A DNA stretch of 57,511 bases, filler included, from Jimgerdemannia flammicorona (Eukaryota): the NCBI GenBank assembly GCA_003990765.1. It is 3 parts of 3 records of this genome, joined end to end, with 100 filler letters (N's around TTAATTAATTAA, not from the genome) between each part and the next. Parts side by side here need not be neighbours in the genome. Positions count along the whole stretch, not along the records: positions 1 to 19,110 come from RBNJ01002029.1; positions 19,211 to 38,312 come from RBNJ01002030.1; 1 more part is not named here. One strand, 5' to 3'. A model generated the notes under the pieces. The model was given only the letters and a program-made list of their open reading frames with translations. It did no database searches and was not told the DNA's origin. Below, piece after piece: positions 13,441 through 25,069 of the stretch. The position numbers and the translations under genes are program-made. Numbering within the stretch: position 1 is the stretch's first letter; the number at the start of each line of letters is the position of its first letter.

Positions 13441-15625
13441 TTCTCTATCTGTTTTTTCTCCAAATAATCCACAATAAAGTTTAATATGATATTTCTTCTC
13501 AAAATATGCCATCATACTATCTAGAACTTCAAAAGAAGCTATTACTATATCTCAGTACTTCAGAACCAGATACATACTAGCTCAGTTTTATATCTCACTA
13601 ATATCCACCAACTATCAGCCTATTGGCCACAGATCCTATCCTACCCCTCACTAATACTTTATACCAATACTAATATCAAAATCTATCAGCAGTAAACTAC
13701 TCAAAAGAAGTCTATCTCACCTCTATAAGTAGGTCTCCAAAGTATCTCTCCCTTATTAGTATACTAATATAGACCAATATAATGAGCCCTCTATCTAATA
13801 CTCCTAAACAAATTAAATCAATTCAAATTAAATTAAATTGAAAGTCATTCAAATCAAATCAAATTGGAGATTTTTCAATTTAACTAAAATTCAAATCAAT
13901 CAAATTTAAATTAAATTGAGAGTCTAATTTGAACCCTATTTTTAGAAATATAATAACTTGATAAAATATATCCAAATATAACAATCTTTAGCTTGTTAGA
14001 TTTATCTCATATAGAGAAATTTAACAAGCTAAAGATTATTAAATTTGGACATATATTTATTAAGTTATTTATTTTAAAAAATAGAGTTCAAATTGAATTT
14101 TGAATTTAGTTAGACCTTTAATTCAAATCATTAAGAGCACTACCTCTACTATTTTCTACTAGAATTCTCTATACTATATTTATCTATTGCTTCTCAGATC
14201 AACTATCATCCAAAGAATCTCTAGGAGAAAATCTTATCTCTCAGATCCTTTACATCAATAGTACTCACTCTTTACTCTGTAATTCAATAGCTCTCTTTAA
14301 CTATAAGCTTTAAGATAATACAATCTCTTCAGAAAGTCTATCAGATCTAAACCTCCTCTATCTATCAGAGTTACCAAGACCTTTTAACTTATCTAACTCT
14401 ACTTCTTTATCCAAATTCAGTCTTTAGTTAATTTCAACAATCTCTTCACCACCTATGTCAGAAAGTTCAAATAATATGCTAAATACTATAACTTTAGCAG
14501 TTAGTAGATATTAAGAATTGATACCCACCTAGCAAAAGAGATATAGTGTCTCTCTTAATGATGAAAAGTCTCCCCCCATTTCACCACTCTCCTCTTTTAC
14601 CAAACTCTAGACAAAACTAATCTATATACTAATAAGAAGATGTCCAGATATCATACTATCTCTTTAGTAGAGATAATAGTATCCACAATATTCCCATTCA
14701 CTAAACTATTCTTCAGCACCATTATCTTACACTTATACCAGTTGAGCTTAGTCCTAAAATACTTCTCATATCAATCTATAATAGCCCTCAGCTCATCAAT
14801 ATTATCAATAAAACTAAGTCTAACTACTATATTATCAGCAAAGACCCTAATCTTCTAGATAATCTCTAAGATTAGAAGTCTTAACACCTTGTAATAAATT
14901 CTGTCTATCAATAGCTTAAAAGACAAAATATATAGAATAGAGAACAGTAGGTCTCTCTGATAGATCCTTCTTTCTAATGAGAATGAAACACTATAATGGC
15001 TATTATATAAGATAGCTACTCAGCTACTCTCTAATAGACTAATTATTAATAATCAGAATTAGTAAGAGACACTAATTCTCTCTAATATCTTTCTTAGCCA
15101 AACTTATTATATCTGATTATAAACTCTCTCTTGATTCAAAAAGACCAAGTTTCCATTTAGTTCACTAGCCCTCACCCTCTCAATTATATTATAAACTCAG
15201 GCTATCTTATCTCTAATCAGCCTATTATTAACAAAACCCCTCTGCTTAACTCCTAATATATATTGAGCCACCTTTTGCAACCTTACAACAATCACCTTTA
15301 TAATCAACTTTCTAATTATATCTAAGAGTATAATTAGTCTCCAGTTCTTTCAATCTTCTCTCCTGCCCTTATCTTTATATAGCAGTACTACCAGACCAAG
15401 ATTCTAACCTCCAATCTACTCTTTAGACATAAGGGTCAAGTTACATAGTACTGTTATCTCCCTCAAAACTCTGGGAACTTCTACTATCTTCTTTCAAAAG
15501 TTCCAAGATAAGCCATTCTCCCTGAATACTATACCTTATTTTGTAACTAACAAGGTACTCAAAATTTTATCCTTCTGAACTGATAGAACCAAGTCTCTAA
15601 GATTGTGTTCTACTTCAAACACTCA
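13441..15625 (-). mobile_element. Decayed L1/Tx1-like LINE ORF2 (RT and C-terminus)
   Basis: 15300-15400 decodes to a KNWRLIILLD..RKL-like RT motif and is colinear with 40330-40480 and 35750-35880. Confidence 0.8.
13796..14142. mobile_element. Decayed hAT-type MITE, same family as 7448-7887
   Basis: Ends TAATACTC...GAGCACTA. Imperfect 8-bp TSD CCTCTATC/CCTCTACT. Internal AATAACTTGAT..ATATCCAAAT motif is shared with the 7448 element. Confidence 0.75.
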
Positions 15626-15626
15626 G

Positions 15627-16800
15627 CTAGAATATATATCTCCTCATAACTGATTCTATTATATAGCTATATACTATAATTTTACAAAGTTCTAATATAC
15701 TTTTGAGATTCATTGAGATTAAGATCATGTTCTGCTTTAAACACTCAGCTATAATGCATATCCTCTCATAACCAATACTGTTCTCTGATAAATAAATAGA
15801 GAGAGATAAGTAAACATACACACATTGTAAGCTTAATTCTATTACATAGCTATACTCCATTATTTCTGTTGTGAATATGAAGTAAAGCAAAGAAGAGTAT
15901 TGTTTATTGATTGCATTTTTATGTATTGAAATTGGTAATGTAATCATGAGTGACATAATCACATATAAGCCACATATAAGCCCTAAATTATTGAGATGCA
16001 AAATAACAATTTCAACAATTTCACACAGTTCTGATATACTTTTGAGATTCAGCGAGGTCAAGGTCGTGTTCTGCTTCAAACACTTGGCTAGGGCGCATGC
16101 CCTCTTGTAGTCGATGCTGTTCCCTGATAAATGAACAGGAGAAGATGAGCAAACATGCACACATCATGAGCTTGATTCCATTGCACTGCCACACTCCATT
16201 GCTTCACACAGTTCTGACATACTGAAGAGATTCAGCGAGGTCAAAGTCATGTTCTGCTTCAAACACTCGGCTAGGGCCCACGTTAAAGAAATACCAAAGC
16301 TGTTATCTGAATATAGTAAAGGAATGTGAGCATAAGCTTGGTACTACCTATTGGTACAACGATCAGTTGCAGTTGTTAAAATTAGTCTGACGAACCGCTG
16401 AGATCAAACGTGGTTATGTTGTTGTTCTTCAAAATTCCACAAGAACGCGTACTGCACCATCCCTGATGTTTTTTCCTGTTGGTGAAAACAGCGAACAAAA
16501 CATTGATAGTAAGTTTAATTTCATAAGAACAGAAATTCACACAATATACACATACCGGAGAGATTCAGCTCATGCAATGCCACATTCTGCTTTAGAAGGT
16601 CAGCGATGATGCTGATGCCCTCGCCGTCGGTTTTGAGCTCTAAATATGAATAATATGTGTGTGAAAGTGAAGAAACGTTTAGCTGGATATTAGATTTCAG
16701 CTACAAGCAAAAGATTCACATGGTTTTAACTTACTAGCCATTCAGCAAGAGCGCAGGCCTCATCAGTGCCGTTGCTTTTCTCTATGTAAAGGGGGAAATT
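15627..16800 (-). pseudogene. RNI-like leucine-rich-repeat exons (about one LRR per exon), probably the C-terminus of the adjacent kinase gene
   Basis: Repeated units GNSIDYKRACALAKCLKQNTTLTSLNL, RGP/ALAECLKQNMTLTSLNL, DGEGISIIADLLKQN and NGTDEACALAEW, separated by short introns. Truncated by the LINE at ~15625. Confidence 0.75.
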
Positions 16801-17214
16801 AAAAAGCATAACCTGTCATTTGTAATTGTGGTATGATTACTCTGCTGTGATCTCCAGCCACAGCTGTGCTTCACTCGCCACCAATAATACCTCGATCCTC
16901 TTGGTACCTGAACGAAACTACACGCGGTGAAGCTACATACCTAGAGTTTGTCGTGTAACAAGAGTGACTAGTGCCGACTGCGAGTGCAGGTCTGTATGTT
17001 CCTTGAGTTGTTTACGTGTGTGGAATTTGCTTCCGGCATGTCCATCAGCGAATTCAAAAAGAGCGCTGCTGTCGCTTTTGTTGATAGGTAACCTGCCATT
17101 TGGCAATGAAAGATTGGGTCTCGAGTGAAAATACCAAGGGTGAAATTGCAAGTACTCTCAATATTTGAAGTTCCACGTTCGTTGTAAGACGGGAGGAATG
17201 TTGGCCATAGCGGC

Positions 17215-17720
17215 ACATTGGATCAACAGGTTGTAGACCTCATGAGCGCTTGGTCTGAGGTCAGGATTCACATGCCAGCAGCTACGAATGACAGCATTGA
17301 ATAATTTTGGTGCTCCAGGGATCAGTTCATCGCGAAACCCATCAGGATTGCTGATGGATCAGTTCATCGCGAAGCCCGTCAGGATCGCTGATAATGGCCA
17401 CAGATACGACGCCTTGTGGTGGGACGCCGACGATTAGTTGCCACAGTAGCATCCCCAAGCAGTAGATATCCGATTTCTGTGTACTCGAAAATCTCTGGAG
17501 GGAGGTATTCGATCCGACCATAGACACCGTCCTCGTCATTACTTCTTCCACGGCTCTGCTAAGTCCGAAATCGATCAAGACAGTGGTGTGAGACTTGTGA
17601 ATTACTACGTTGCCCGCGTTCTGTATGGCTGACATCATCGCCAATTGCGTCATCGCGTCATCGTTCCACAACTTTGATTGCCAATCACGTGCTATACTGA
17701 GCCTCAATTCTCGGTCCATA
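17215..17720 (-). pseudogene. Protein kinase (TKL-like) C-lobe pseudogene
   Basis: Motifs VLIDFGLSR (DFG), KSDIYCLGMLLWQL (subdomain IX) and IRSCWHVNPDLRPSA (subdomain XI). The HRD and APE motifs are missing or eroded. A 37-bp tandem duplication (17319/17356) shifts the frame. Confidence 0.8.
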
Positions 17721-17729
17721 TTTAGTAAA

Positions 17730-18837
17730 TTGAATTAGATAATCACTGTTAGATCGATCGAAAATCCCTTGGCGAAATATTTTCAACCATCCTACGTCGA
17801 GACGTTGAGACATTGATATCCTAAGTGTTAGACCAGAATTCGTAGGCGGAAATGCTTAAAAAAATTTTTTTTTTGGTTGTACCAATCGAATTCGGTCATT
17901 CCGGCTGCAGCAGTTGGAACTCCGTCAAAGTTTGCAACTCTCTCAAACGGTGAAAAACTTTCAAACGGTGAAAAACTTTACCAACCGTGACGTTTGAGCA
18001 ACAAACCATGTTGCGTACGACTGTGGCCGGCCTTTTACCACTATTACATTTTGGAAATGCTTGCCAAATATCATAATGCGCTCCGATCCCTTTTCCAACA
18101 GCCAATGCTTCAGATCTATGAAGGAAAGAAAACCAGTAATAAAATACTAGTTTTCGAGTACTCGGTGGAAAAGAGCGAATCGTATTGTTCCAAAGGGAAG
18201 TCAATTTCCCGAGGATTTGATGCGGTCGACTCAAAGTACGCTTAAAAGATCTATTACGGCGCCAGCTAGAGATTTCGTTGGAGGTCTTTGGTGTTCGCAT
18301 CGAAGGCCGGAAGTTTGAGCTCTAGTTATGATGATTGCTGGTGGTCTCGGGGTTTTAATTACTCTTGATGACCCAAATGAAAAACTGTGTGTATTTCTAG
18401 CCTTTTTTTGGCAAAAGATAATAGCACATTAAAATACATGGAAGCAAGCTGAATGGTGGTATCCGGTCAGAGACTTTCTGGCTGTGATTGCATTCAGTGT
18501 CTTCCTCCGAAGGAAATCCTGGCAAAAAAGAATTGGCTTTTCTATGAGCTTTGATTTGTTTTTTTTGACTGGTATTTCCTAGGAAAACCTTTTAAAGACT
18601 GGAAAAAGGATGCTGTGCGAAGCAAATGGTATTTCATGGGCCATTGTTTGGGTTTTGTGAATCTATTTGTTCTGCAAACAGCAGCTTTTCATTTTTCTTG
18701 AAAAAGGAGAAATGAATAGCGACCATAAATTTGGATAACTGCCGGGTGCATCGGGTTTTCTTGATGCCTCGATTTTCGCTCAATTTTTTATGTGAAAAAA
18801 TTTTTTTACACAAAAAAGAGAGAAGAAATACAGTAGT
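17730..18837 (+). other. Probable rDNA promoter / 5' external transcribed spacer
   Basis: Lies directly upstream of the 18S 5' end, retains CpG, and has no convincing coding similarity. Small tandem TCAAACGGTGAAAAACTT x2 at ~17943-17978. Confidence 0.55.
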
Positions 18838-19110
18838 TACCTGGTTGATCCTGCCAGTAGTCATATGCTTGTCTCAAAGATTAAGCCATGCATGTCTAAG
18901 TATAAACAACTTTATACTGTGAAACTGCGAATGGCTCATTAAATCAGTTATAGTTTATTTGATAATACCTTACTACTTGGATAACCGTGGTAATTCTAGA
19001 GCTAATACATGCTAAAAATCCCGACTTCTGGAAGGGATGTATTTATTAGATAAAAAACCAATGCGGGCAACCGCTTCTCTGGTGATTCATAATAACTTTT
19101 CGAATCGTAT
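18838..19110 (+). rRNA. 18S rRNA, 5' 273 nt (truncated by contig end)
   Basis: TACCTGGTTGATCCTGCCAGTAGTCATATGCTTGTCTCAAAGATTAAGCCATGCATGTCTAAG is the canonical eukaryotic SSU 5' end. The V2 region resembles early-diverging fungi. Confidence 0.99.
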
Positions 19111-19210
19111 NNNNNNNNNNNNNNNNNNNNNNNNNNNNNNNNNNNNNNNNNNNNTTAATTAATTAANNNNNNNNNNNNNNNNNNNNNNNNNNNNNNNNNN
19201 NNNNNNNNNN
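19111..19210. other. Artificial contig linker N44-TTAATTAATTAA-N44
   Basis: Six-frame stop linker flanked by Ns. Confidence 0.98.
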
Positions 19211-19438
19211 GGATCTGAGAAATCAAAGGAAAATGCCAAGAGGAAAGTTCTCAGCAAAGATGACAAATGATGACAAATAAAGTTCTACAAGTTTCCAGGA
19301 CAATCAGTGACTAACTAAATAAGTACTAGAGGATGCTTGGCACTAAGAAAGGATTTCTAAGTATTCGGAAAGTACCAGAAGGTTGTAGAATATTGAAGAA
19401 AGACAAAGAAAAGAAATAAACTATGCTAAAATATTACA
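19211..19438 (-). repeat. 3' LTR of element A (partial), preceded on the minus strand by PPT AAGAAGGGGGAGA (19439-19451)
   Basis: Near-identical to 24842-25069. Confidence 0.92.
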
Positions 19439-19532
19439 TCTCCCCCTTCTTAAGAATCAATGTTCTTGTTGAATTCTCAAAGTTAAACATAATAAACAAT
19501 AAGACTAAAAGAAACTTCAAATTAAATATACC

Positions 19533-19761
19533 GACTCATTGGTAAGGATTGGCCATCCTTGTATAAGGCGAGGGCCAAAGTATCATCTTGATTGGATGAG
19601 AACTGGTTCGAACCTCATTGGTTGCAGGATTTATAGGGTTCTCCTGTATCTCTTACTTCTGATGCTGTATCCCTTAGAGAGCCCTGATGCATAGTATGCC
19701 TGATCAGCATAGTAGGTCATCTACTATCCAAGGGGAGAATCTCATGGGCAGTCAATGAGTT
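19533..19761 (+). ncRNA. Candidate structured RNA motif, copy A (unknown function)
   Basis: Shares ordered conserved blocks and covarying helices with 46452-46672; details in findings. Confidence 0.6.
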
Positions 19762-19774
19762 TCTTTTTATTCAA

Positions 19775-19940
19775 ACTCTTAGATGAGGTCTTGGGAGTTT
19801 TTGAGATTGGCAGCAGGTTTCCAGGTGGCATCATATTTAGGGTAACCCATCCACTTGACTAGGTATTCTGTACAACAGTATCAGACTCATTTGTCTAAGA
19901 TTTTTTTGACTTCATACTCAATGTGGTCTTCAACTATAAC
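19775..19940 (-). pseudogene. Chromodomain at the integrase C-terminus of element A
   Basis: EYEVKKILDK...TEYLVKWMGYPKYDATWKPAANLKN. Confidence 0.9.
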
Positions 19941-22900
19941 TGGTACTAATGGTGTCGGAATTTGGCCAGGGTATGGGGGTGACTGGTTCCAGGCCTTGAG
20001 TTGTGATACATAGAATACTGAGTGTATATGCATGGTTGTTTGCAAGTTGAGACGGTAAGACCAGGTAGAGACTTGCTTGGTGATCTTGAAGGGTCCAAGA
20101 TACTTGGGCTGGAATTTGGCTGACTGGCAGTTGACTTGAGATTGAGCCTTGATGTTGTCAGCTTTGAGTAGAACTATATCATCAATATTATATATGACAT
20201 CTCACCACTTCTTATCTGCATACTTAGCTTGATGTTACTGAGCCTTTTACAAGTTCATAGTGGTGATCTTGAGAAGGGAATCCATTTTGTCAATAAGGTT
20301 CTGGGCTGTGGGGACTTGAGTGTGACTGGATTGCTAGAATTGGACTAGACTTGCAGGGGTCTCAGGGTTTTGACTGTAAAGTAGCTGAAATGGGGAAAGA
20401 CCAGTTGATGATTGGTTGACATTGTTGTAGATGAACTCGACATAGGTCAGATAGTGGTCCCAATCATCTTGCTCATAAGACACATAGTTTCTGGGCATTT
20501 GTTCAAGTGTTCTGTTCATCTGCTCTATCTGTTCATCAGTTTGAGGATGGAAGGCAGTAGATATAGCAATTTGGATTCCAAGGGTCTTGAAGAGTGCTTG
20601 CCAGAAGTGACTTGTGAACTTGGGGTCATGGTCACTGATAATTACTCGGGGAAGTCCATAATGGTGGAAGACAGTCTTGAAGAAGATTCTTGCAATTTCT
20701 GGGGCAGTGGCATTGGTTGTAGTTGACTTGGCAATTGTAATCTTGGTGAGATGGTCCACAAACACAACAATAGCATCATAGCCTGTTTTGGTTTGTGGGA
20801 GTTGCACAATGAAGTCCATTGTGACTTGTTCGAACTTCTTGGTCGGAATTGACAAAGGTTGTAGAAGACTGGCAGGTGCTTGGTTTCTTGGCTTGTTTCT
20901 TTGACAAAGATCACAGCTTTGGATATACTCCTTGATTTCCTTGAGCATGTTTGGCCAGTAGTAGTCTTGTTGGATATTCTTGATGGTTTTCTCAGTTCCA
21001 AGGTGGCCAGCTAGTGGGGAGTTATGATGTTCGTAAAGAATCTTATACTATAGTTCAGGGTTGACAGGAATATATACTTTGTCTTGATAGTACATAAGGT
21101 TGTCTTTGATGGTGTACTTTCCTTGAATTCCTTAGTATTCCTTTGTAGCACCAGAGAGTCTTGTTCATATGCCTTCTTGATCTGGTTGAGGAATTCAGGT
21201 GCCATGGTGACTTGTAAAATCATGACAAGATCAGGTCTTCTTGAAAGTGCATCTGGTACAACTAGTGTTTTTCCAGGCTTGTAGATAATGTTTGGGGTAA
21301 AGGTCTGAAGTAGTTGACTCCACTTGGCTTGTTGGTGAGAAAGGGTTGGTTGAGTGTTGATGTACCAAAGGGACCTGTGATCAGTGATCACATCAAACTC
21401 AACTTCTTCTAGATAGTGTCACTAGGTCTTGAGGGTATGCATGATTTCCAGGAGTTCCTTTTCGTGAGTAGCCAGCTTTTGTTCTGCTGGGGACAATTTT
21501 CTTGACTCAAAGGCAATAGGTTGGTATCCTTAACCATCATCTTGAGAAATGACTGCACTGATGGCAAAGTTAGATACATCTATAGTAACTGTGAACTTCA
21601 AGTTTGGGTCCATGTTTCTAAGGACAGGTGCATGGGTCAGGCAGTTCTTAAGTTCTTGAAAAGCTTGTTGACAGAAGGTATCCCAGATGCAGGAGACATA
21701 GAGATCAGAGTTGGGTTCCTTTCACAGGAGATTTGTCAAAGATTCTGTGATACCAGAGAAGTTCTTGACAAATCAATGGTAGTATCCAGCCAGACCAAGG
21801 AAGGACCTGAGTTTGGTGAGGTTTGCTGGTACAGGCCACTGTTCAATGGCTTGTATTTTCCTTGGATCTACTTGAATTCCTTTGGCTGATATAATGTGTC
21901 CAAGGTATTCAACTTGATCCTTGAAAAATTCACATTTCTTGAGCTTTGCATAGAGCTTGTTCTCACAGAGGATCTTGAGGACTTGTTCAATGTGCTTGAG
22001 GTGTTCTTCTTCAGTGCTACTGATGATCAGGATGTCATCAATGTATACAAGCACAAAGATATACAGCTGATCCTTGAAGACAGTTTACATGAGATCTTGA
22101 AAGGTTGCTGGCACATTGGTGAGACCAAAGGCCATGACTAGAAATTTGTAGAGTCCAAAGGGTGTCATGAAGGCAGTCTTGAGTATGTCTTCTGGCTTGA
22201 TTTGAATTTGGTAATACCCAGAGGTGAGATCAATCTTGGTGAAGTACTTTGCATTCTTAAGAGCATCAAAGATTTGATCTATGAGTGATAGTGAATAATG
22301 GTTCTTGACTGTGATCTTGTTGAGTGCTCAGTAGTCTATGCACATTCACAGAGTATCATCCTTTTTCTTAACAAATAGGACTGGGGAGCTGAAGGGTGAC
22401 TTGCTTGGTTGAATGGCTCCTCGCTCAATGAGTTCATTGAGTTCCTTCTTGACTGCTTCAATTTCAAGTAGAGATATGTGGTACATTTTCTTCTTAGGTA
22501 TAGCTGCATCAGATGCCAACTTGATTTCGTAGTCATGGTCTCTTGAAGGTAGTAGACCAGGTAGTTTGTCTGGGAAGACATCCTTGTACTTGTTCAGCAG
22601 TAACTTGACACTTTCACTAATCAATAGCTTTTTGTCTTCTTTCTTTGGTCAGATCAGTGCCACAAAGGCACAGGTAGCTTTCTTGAGGGCCTTCTTGAAC
22701 TGAATTGCTGAAAGGGTAGTGATTGGGATTCTTGTCTGAGTCTTGTCTGGCTTGATGGTAATGTTGGCTCCATCCTGAATCAAGGTGACTTCATTCTTGG
22801 TCCAATCAATCTAAGGGTTGTGCCATGTAAGCCAGGGTTTGCCTAGGATCAGGTCATGGTCTCCTAGTGGTGCTACCTCGAAATCGAAACATTCTCAGTA

Positions 22901-23147
22901 CTTCTGGATCTTGAGGGGAAGTTTAGTGGCAATTGAGTCAATTGGTAAGGTGGTGCTATCTGCAGTGACAACTCCACCATTCTTGCCAGCTGGTTTGGTG
23001 AGAATCTTGAGCTTATTGATGAGATTCTTGTTGATGAAGTTCCCAACAGCTCCACTGTCTATGAGAATATCTAGCTCTTGTGCCTTGACTAGACCTTTGA
23101 AGATGAGCATTGAATTGGCTCAGTTCTCAGCTATACTTGCAACTTTG

Positions 23148-23560
23148 TCAGTGCTGCCAAAGCCATTCTGATCTCGCTTGGTGGAAGACAGCTTGGTGAC
23201 TTCTTTGATGACTGATAGGGTGGCTCACTCCAGAATGAGCTATGCAATTCTGTCACCTTCATTGATGGTATATGGTTGGTTCTTGTGGTTGACTAGCAGA
23301 ACTTGCATTTCACCTCAGAAGTCAGGGTCAATAACTCCAGCACCAATATCCAATGAGTGCTTGAAGCTGAGGCCAGATCTTGGTGCAATTCTTACATAAT
23401 GTTCCTTGGGGATTTCGACTGAAAGGCCAGTTGGAATGAGCCTTCTCTCATGTGCGGGAATAGTGACTTGTTGTACTGCTTGAAGGTCCAAACCAATGGC
23501 TCCTTCTGACTGTACTTGAGGGATCTGGGCCTTGGGGTTGACTCATATGAAATTGAGTAC
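23148..23560 (-). pseudogene. dut: dUTPase domain between Gag and protease in element A
   Basis: PKAQIPQVQSEGAIGLDL..IPTGL..RIAPRSGLS..GAGVIDPDF*GE..GDRIA*L..RDQNGFGST covers trimeric dUTPase motifs I-V. The stops arise from C-to-T changes. Confidence 0.9.
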
Positions 23561-24649
23561 AACTTCTTGTTCAACTGGTTGACCTTAAGTGTCTTTGGAC
23601 AGGACCAGAATCCTCTTTGGTTTGGCAGTTTTCTTGGGACATTTGATTGCAATATGACCAGGCTGACAGCAAAAGAAGCAGGCTCCAGCCTTCTTGAGGT
23701 GCTCCTTTTTCTTGTGTGTAAGCTTACCATCTTGCTCTTGTTGATGGTGTCTAGGTCCATGGGGGCAGGTCCAACAGTTCTGACTTTGGGTTCCTCCCTT
23801 CTGTGGTTGTTGTTGTTGAAAGGCGGTCTCTTCTGTTCAAAGTGGTGACCATAGGTGATAACATCAAACCTATCAGCAATTTTCATTGCTATATCTAGAT
23901 CCTTGGATTCTTCTAGTTCAACACAAACTCAGGTTTGACCTTTTAGGCCTTGGATGTACTTGTCAACCTTCTTGTCTTCAGTGACATGTAGTAATTCTAG
24001 CAGAATTAACAGGAATTGTATATTATATACTTGCACAGACTTGAGTTGTTTGACATTTGCCAGACAGTCTCATGTGGCCTCAGTGCTGTTGACTGGTTTG
24101 AATTGGCCTTGAATAGCATCAGAGAATTCACCCCAGATCTTAATTCTGCCAGAGAATCTGGTATTCTGGACATGATTTTGCCACCTGATTGCAGCATTCT
24201 CTTGGAGGAGTGTGGCAGTAAATTGGACTAGTGTTGTTTCTTCCAAATTGGTCAGTTCTCCATATTGCTCCAATTGGAAAAGCCAGGTATTGGTAGACAG
24301 TCCTCCTCTTTGACCATCAAAGGTATTGGGCTTCTGAGGCTTGATAGTAACTGCTGTTAGATATATTGATATCAGTGGAGATGCAGAGATATGAGTGGGG
24401 GCCTTGCTTTCCTTTCTTTCTATGTATTCTTAAAGTTGAGCAATCTGAGCTAATGCAGTCTGCAAAAGACTCTCAATGGCCCCATTTGACTGAGTAGGGT
24501 TTTGCTGTTTCTCTTCTTCTTGCTGATTGTACTGATTGTATGAGGCATTGCCTGGACCATAGGTACTGTATGAAGGGTTCCACCCATTGTCCTCCATAGT
24601 ATTGTAACTGATATCTTGAGAGGTGTCTTGATAAGGCTAGGTGTAACTT

Positions 24650-24663
24650 AACCACTGCTACCA
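24650..24663 (-). promoter_or_regulatory. Primer-binding site TGGTAGCAGTGG, probably tRNA-iMet
   Basis: Lies 2 nt inside the 5' LTR boundary and is complementary to a tRNA ending ..CTGCTACCA. Confidence 0.7.
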
Positions 24664-24665
24664 AG

Positions 24666-25069
24666 TGTAATAGTTCTAGTTTCTAAATGAGGAAGCGACT
24701 AGTTCTGGTAGTTCTAAGTAGCTTGAAGAGATACTTAAGGACTCAAGTGTTCTTGAAGGATTTCTGGGAGAAAATATTCTGAGACTTTATTCATGAGAAC
24801 AAAGGGGATATTTATGTAAGATCTGAAAGAAGGATCTGGAAGGATCTGAGAAATCAAAGGAAAATGCCAAGAGGAAAGTTCTCGGCAAAGATGACAAATG
24901 ATGACAAATAAAGTTCTACAAGTTTCCAGGACAATTAGTGACTAACTAAATAAGTACTAGAGGATACTCAGTACTAAGAAAGGTTTTCTAAGCATTCAGA
25001 AAGTACTGGAAGGTTGTAGAATATTGAAGAAAGACAAAGAAAAGAAATAAACTATGCTAAAATGTTACA
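24666..25069 (-). repeat. 5' LTR of element A (404 bp, TGTAA...TTACA)
   Basis: TG..CA termini, adjacent PBS, and a match to 19211-19438. Confidence 0.92.

Larger units (their letters stand above)
19211..25069 (-). mobile_element. Ty3/Gypsy chromovirus-type LTR retrotransposon (element A): gag-dUTPase-PR-RT-RH-IN-chromodomain, inactivated by stop codons
   Basis: LTRs at 24666-25069 and 19211-19438 (truncated). Gag has PMDLD and CFFCCQPGHIAIKC; PR has LIDSGA; RT has YIDD; RNase H has TDHRSL and DALSR; IN has MDFIVQLP and FHPQTD; chromodomain at ~19780-19940. Confidence 0.95.

Noticed and set aside
17730..18837. 5S rRNA in the spacer, and ORFs 17896-18300 / 17994-18245
   Set aside because: No 5S consensus is visible and the ORFs have no recognisable motifs.
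18634..18922. ORFs overlapping the 18S 5' end
   Set aside because: Spurious translations of rRNA and ETS sequence.
18838..19438. Gypsy insertion into the 18S gene
   Set aside because: The two are separated by an artificial contig linker.
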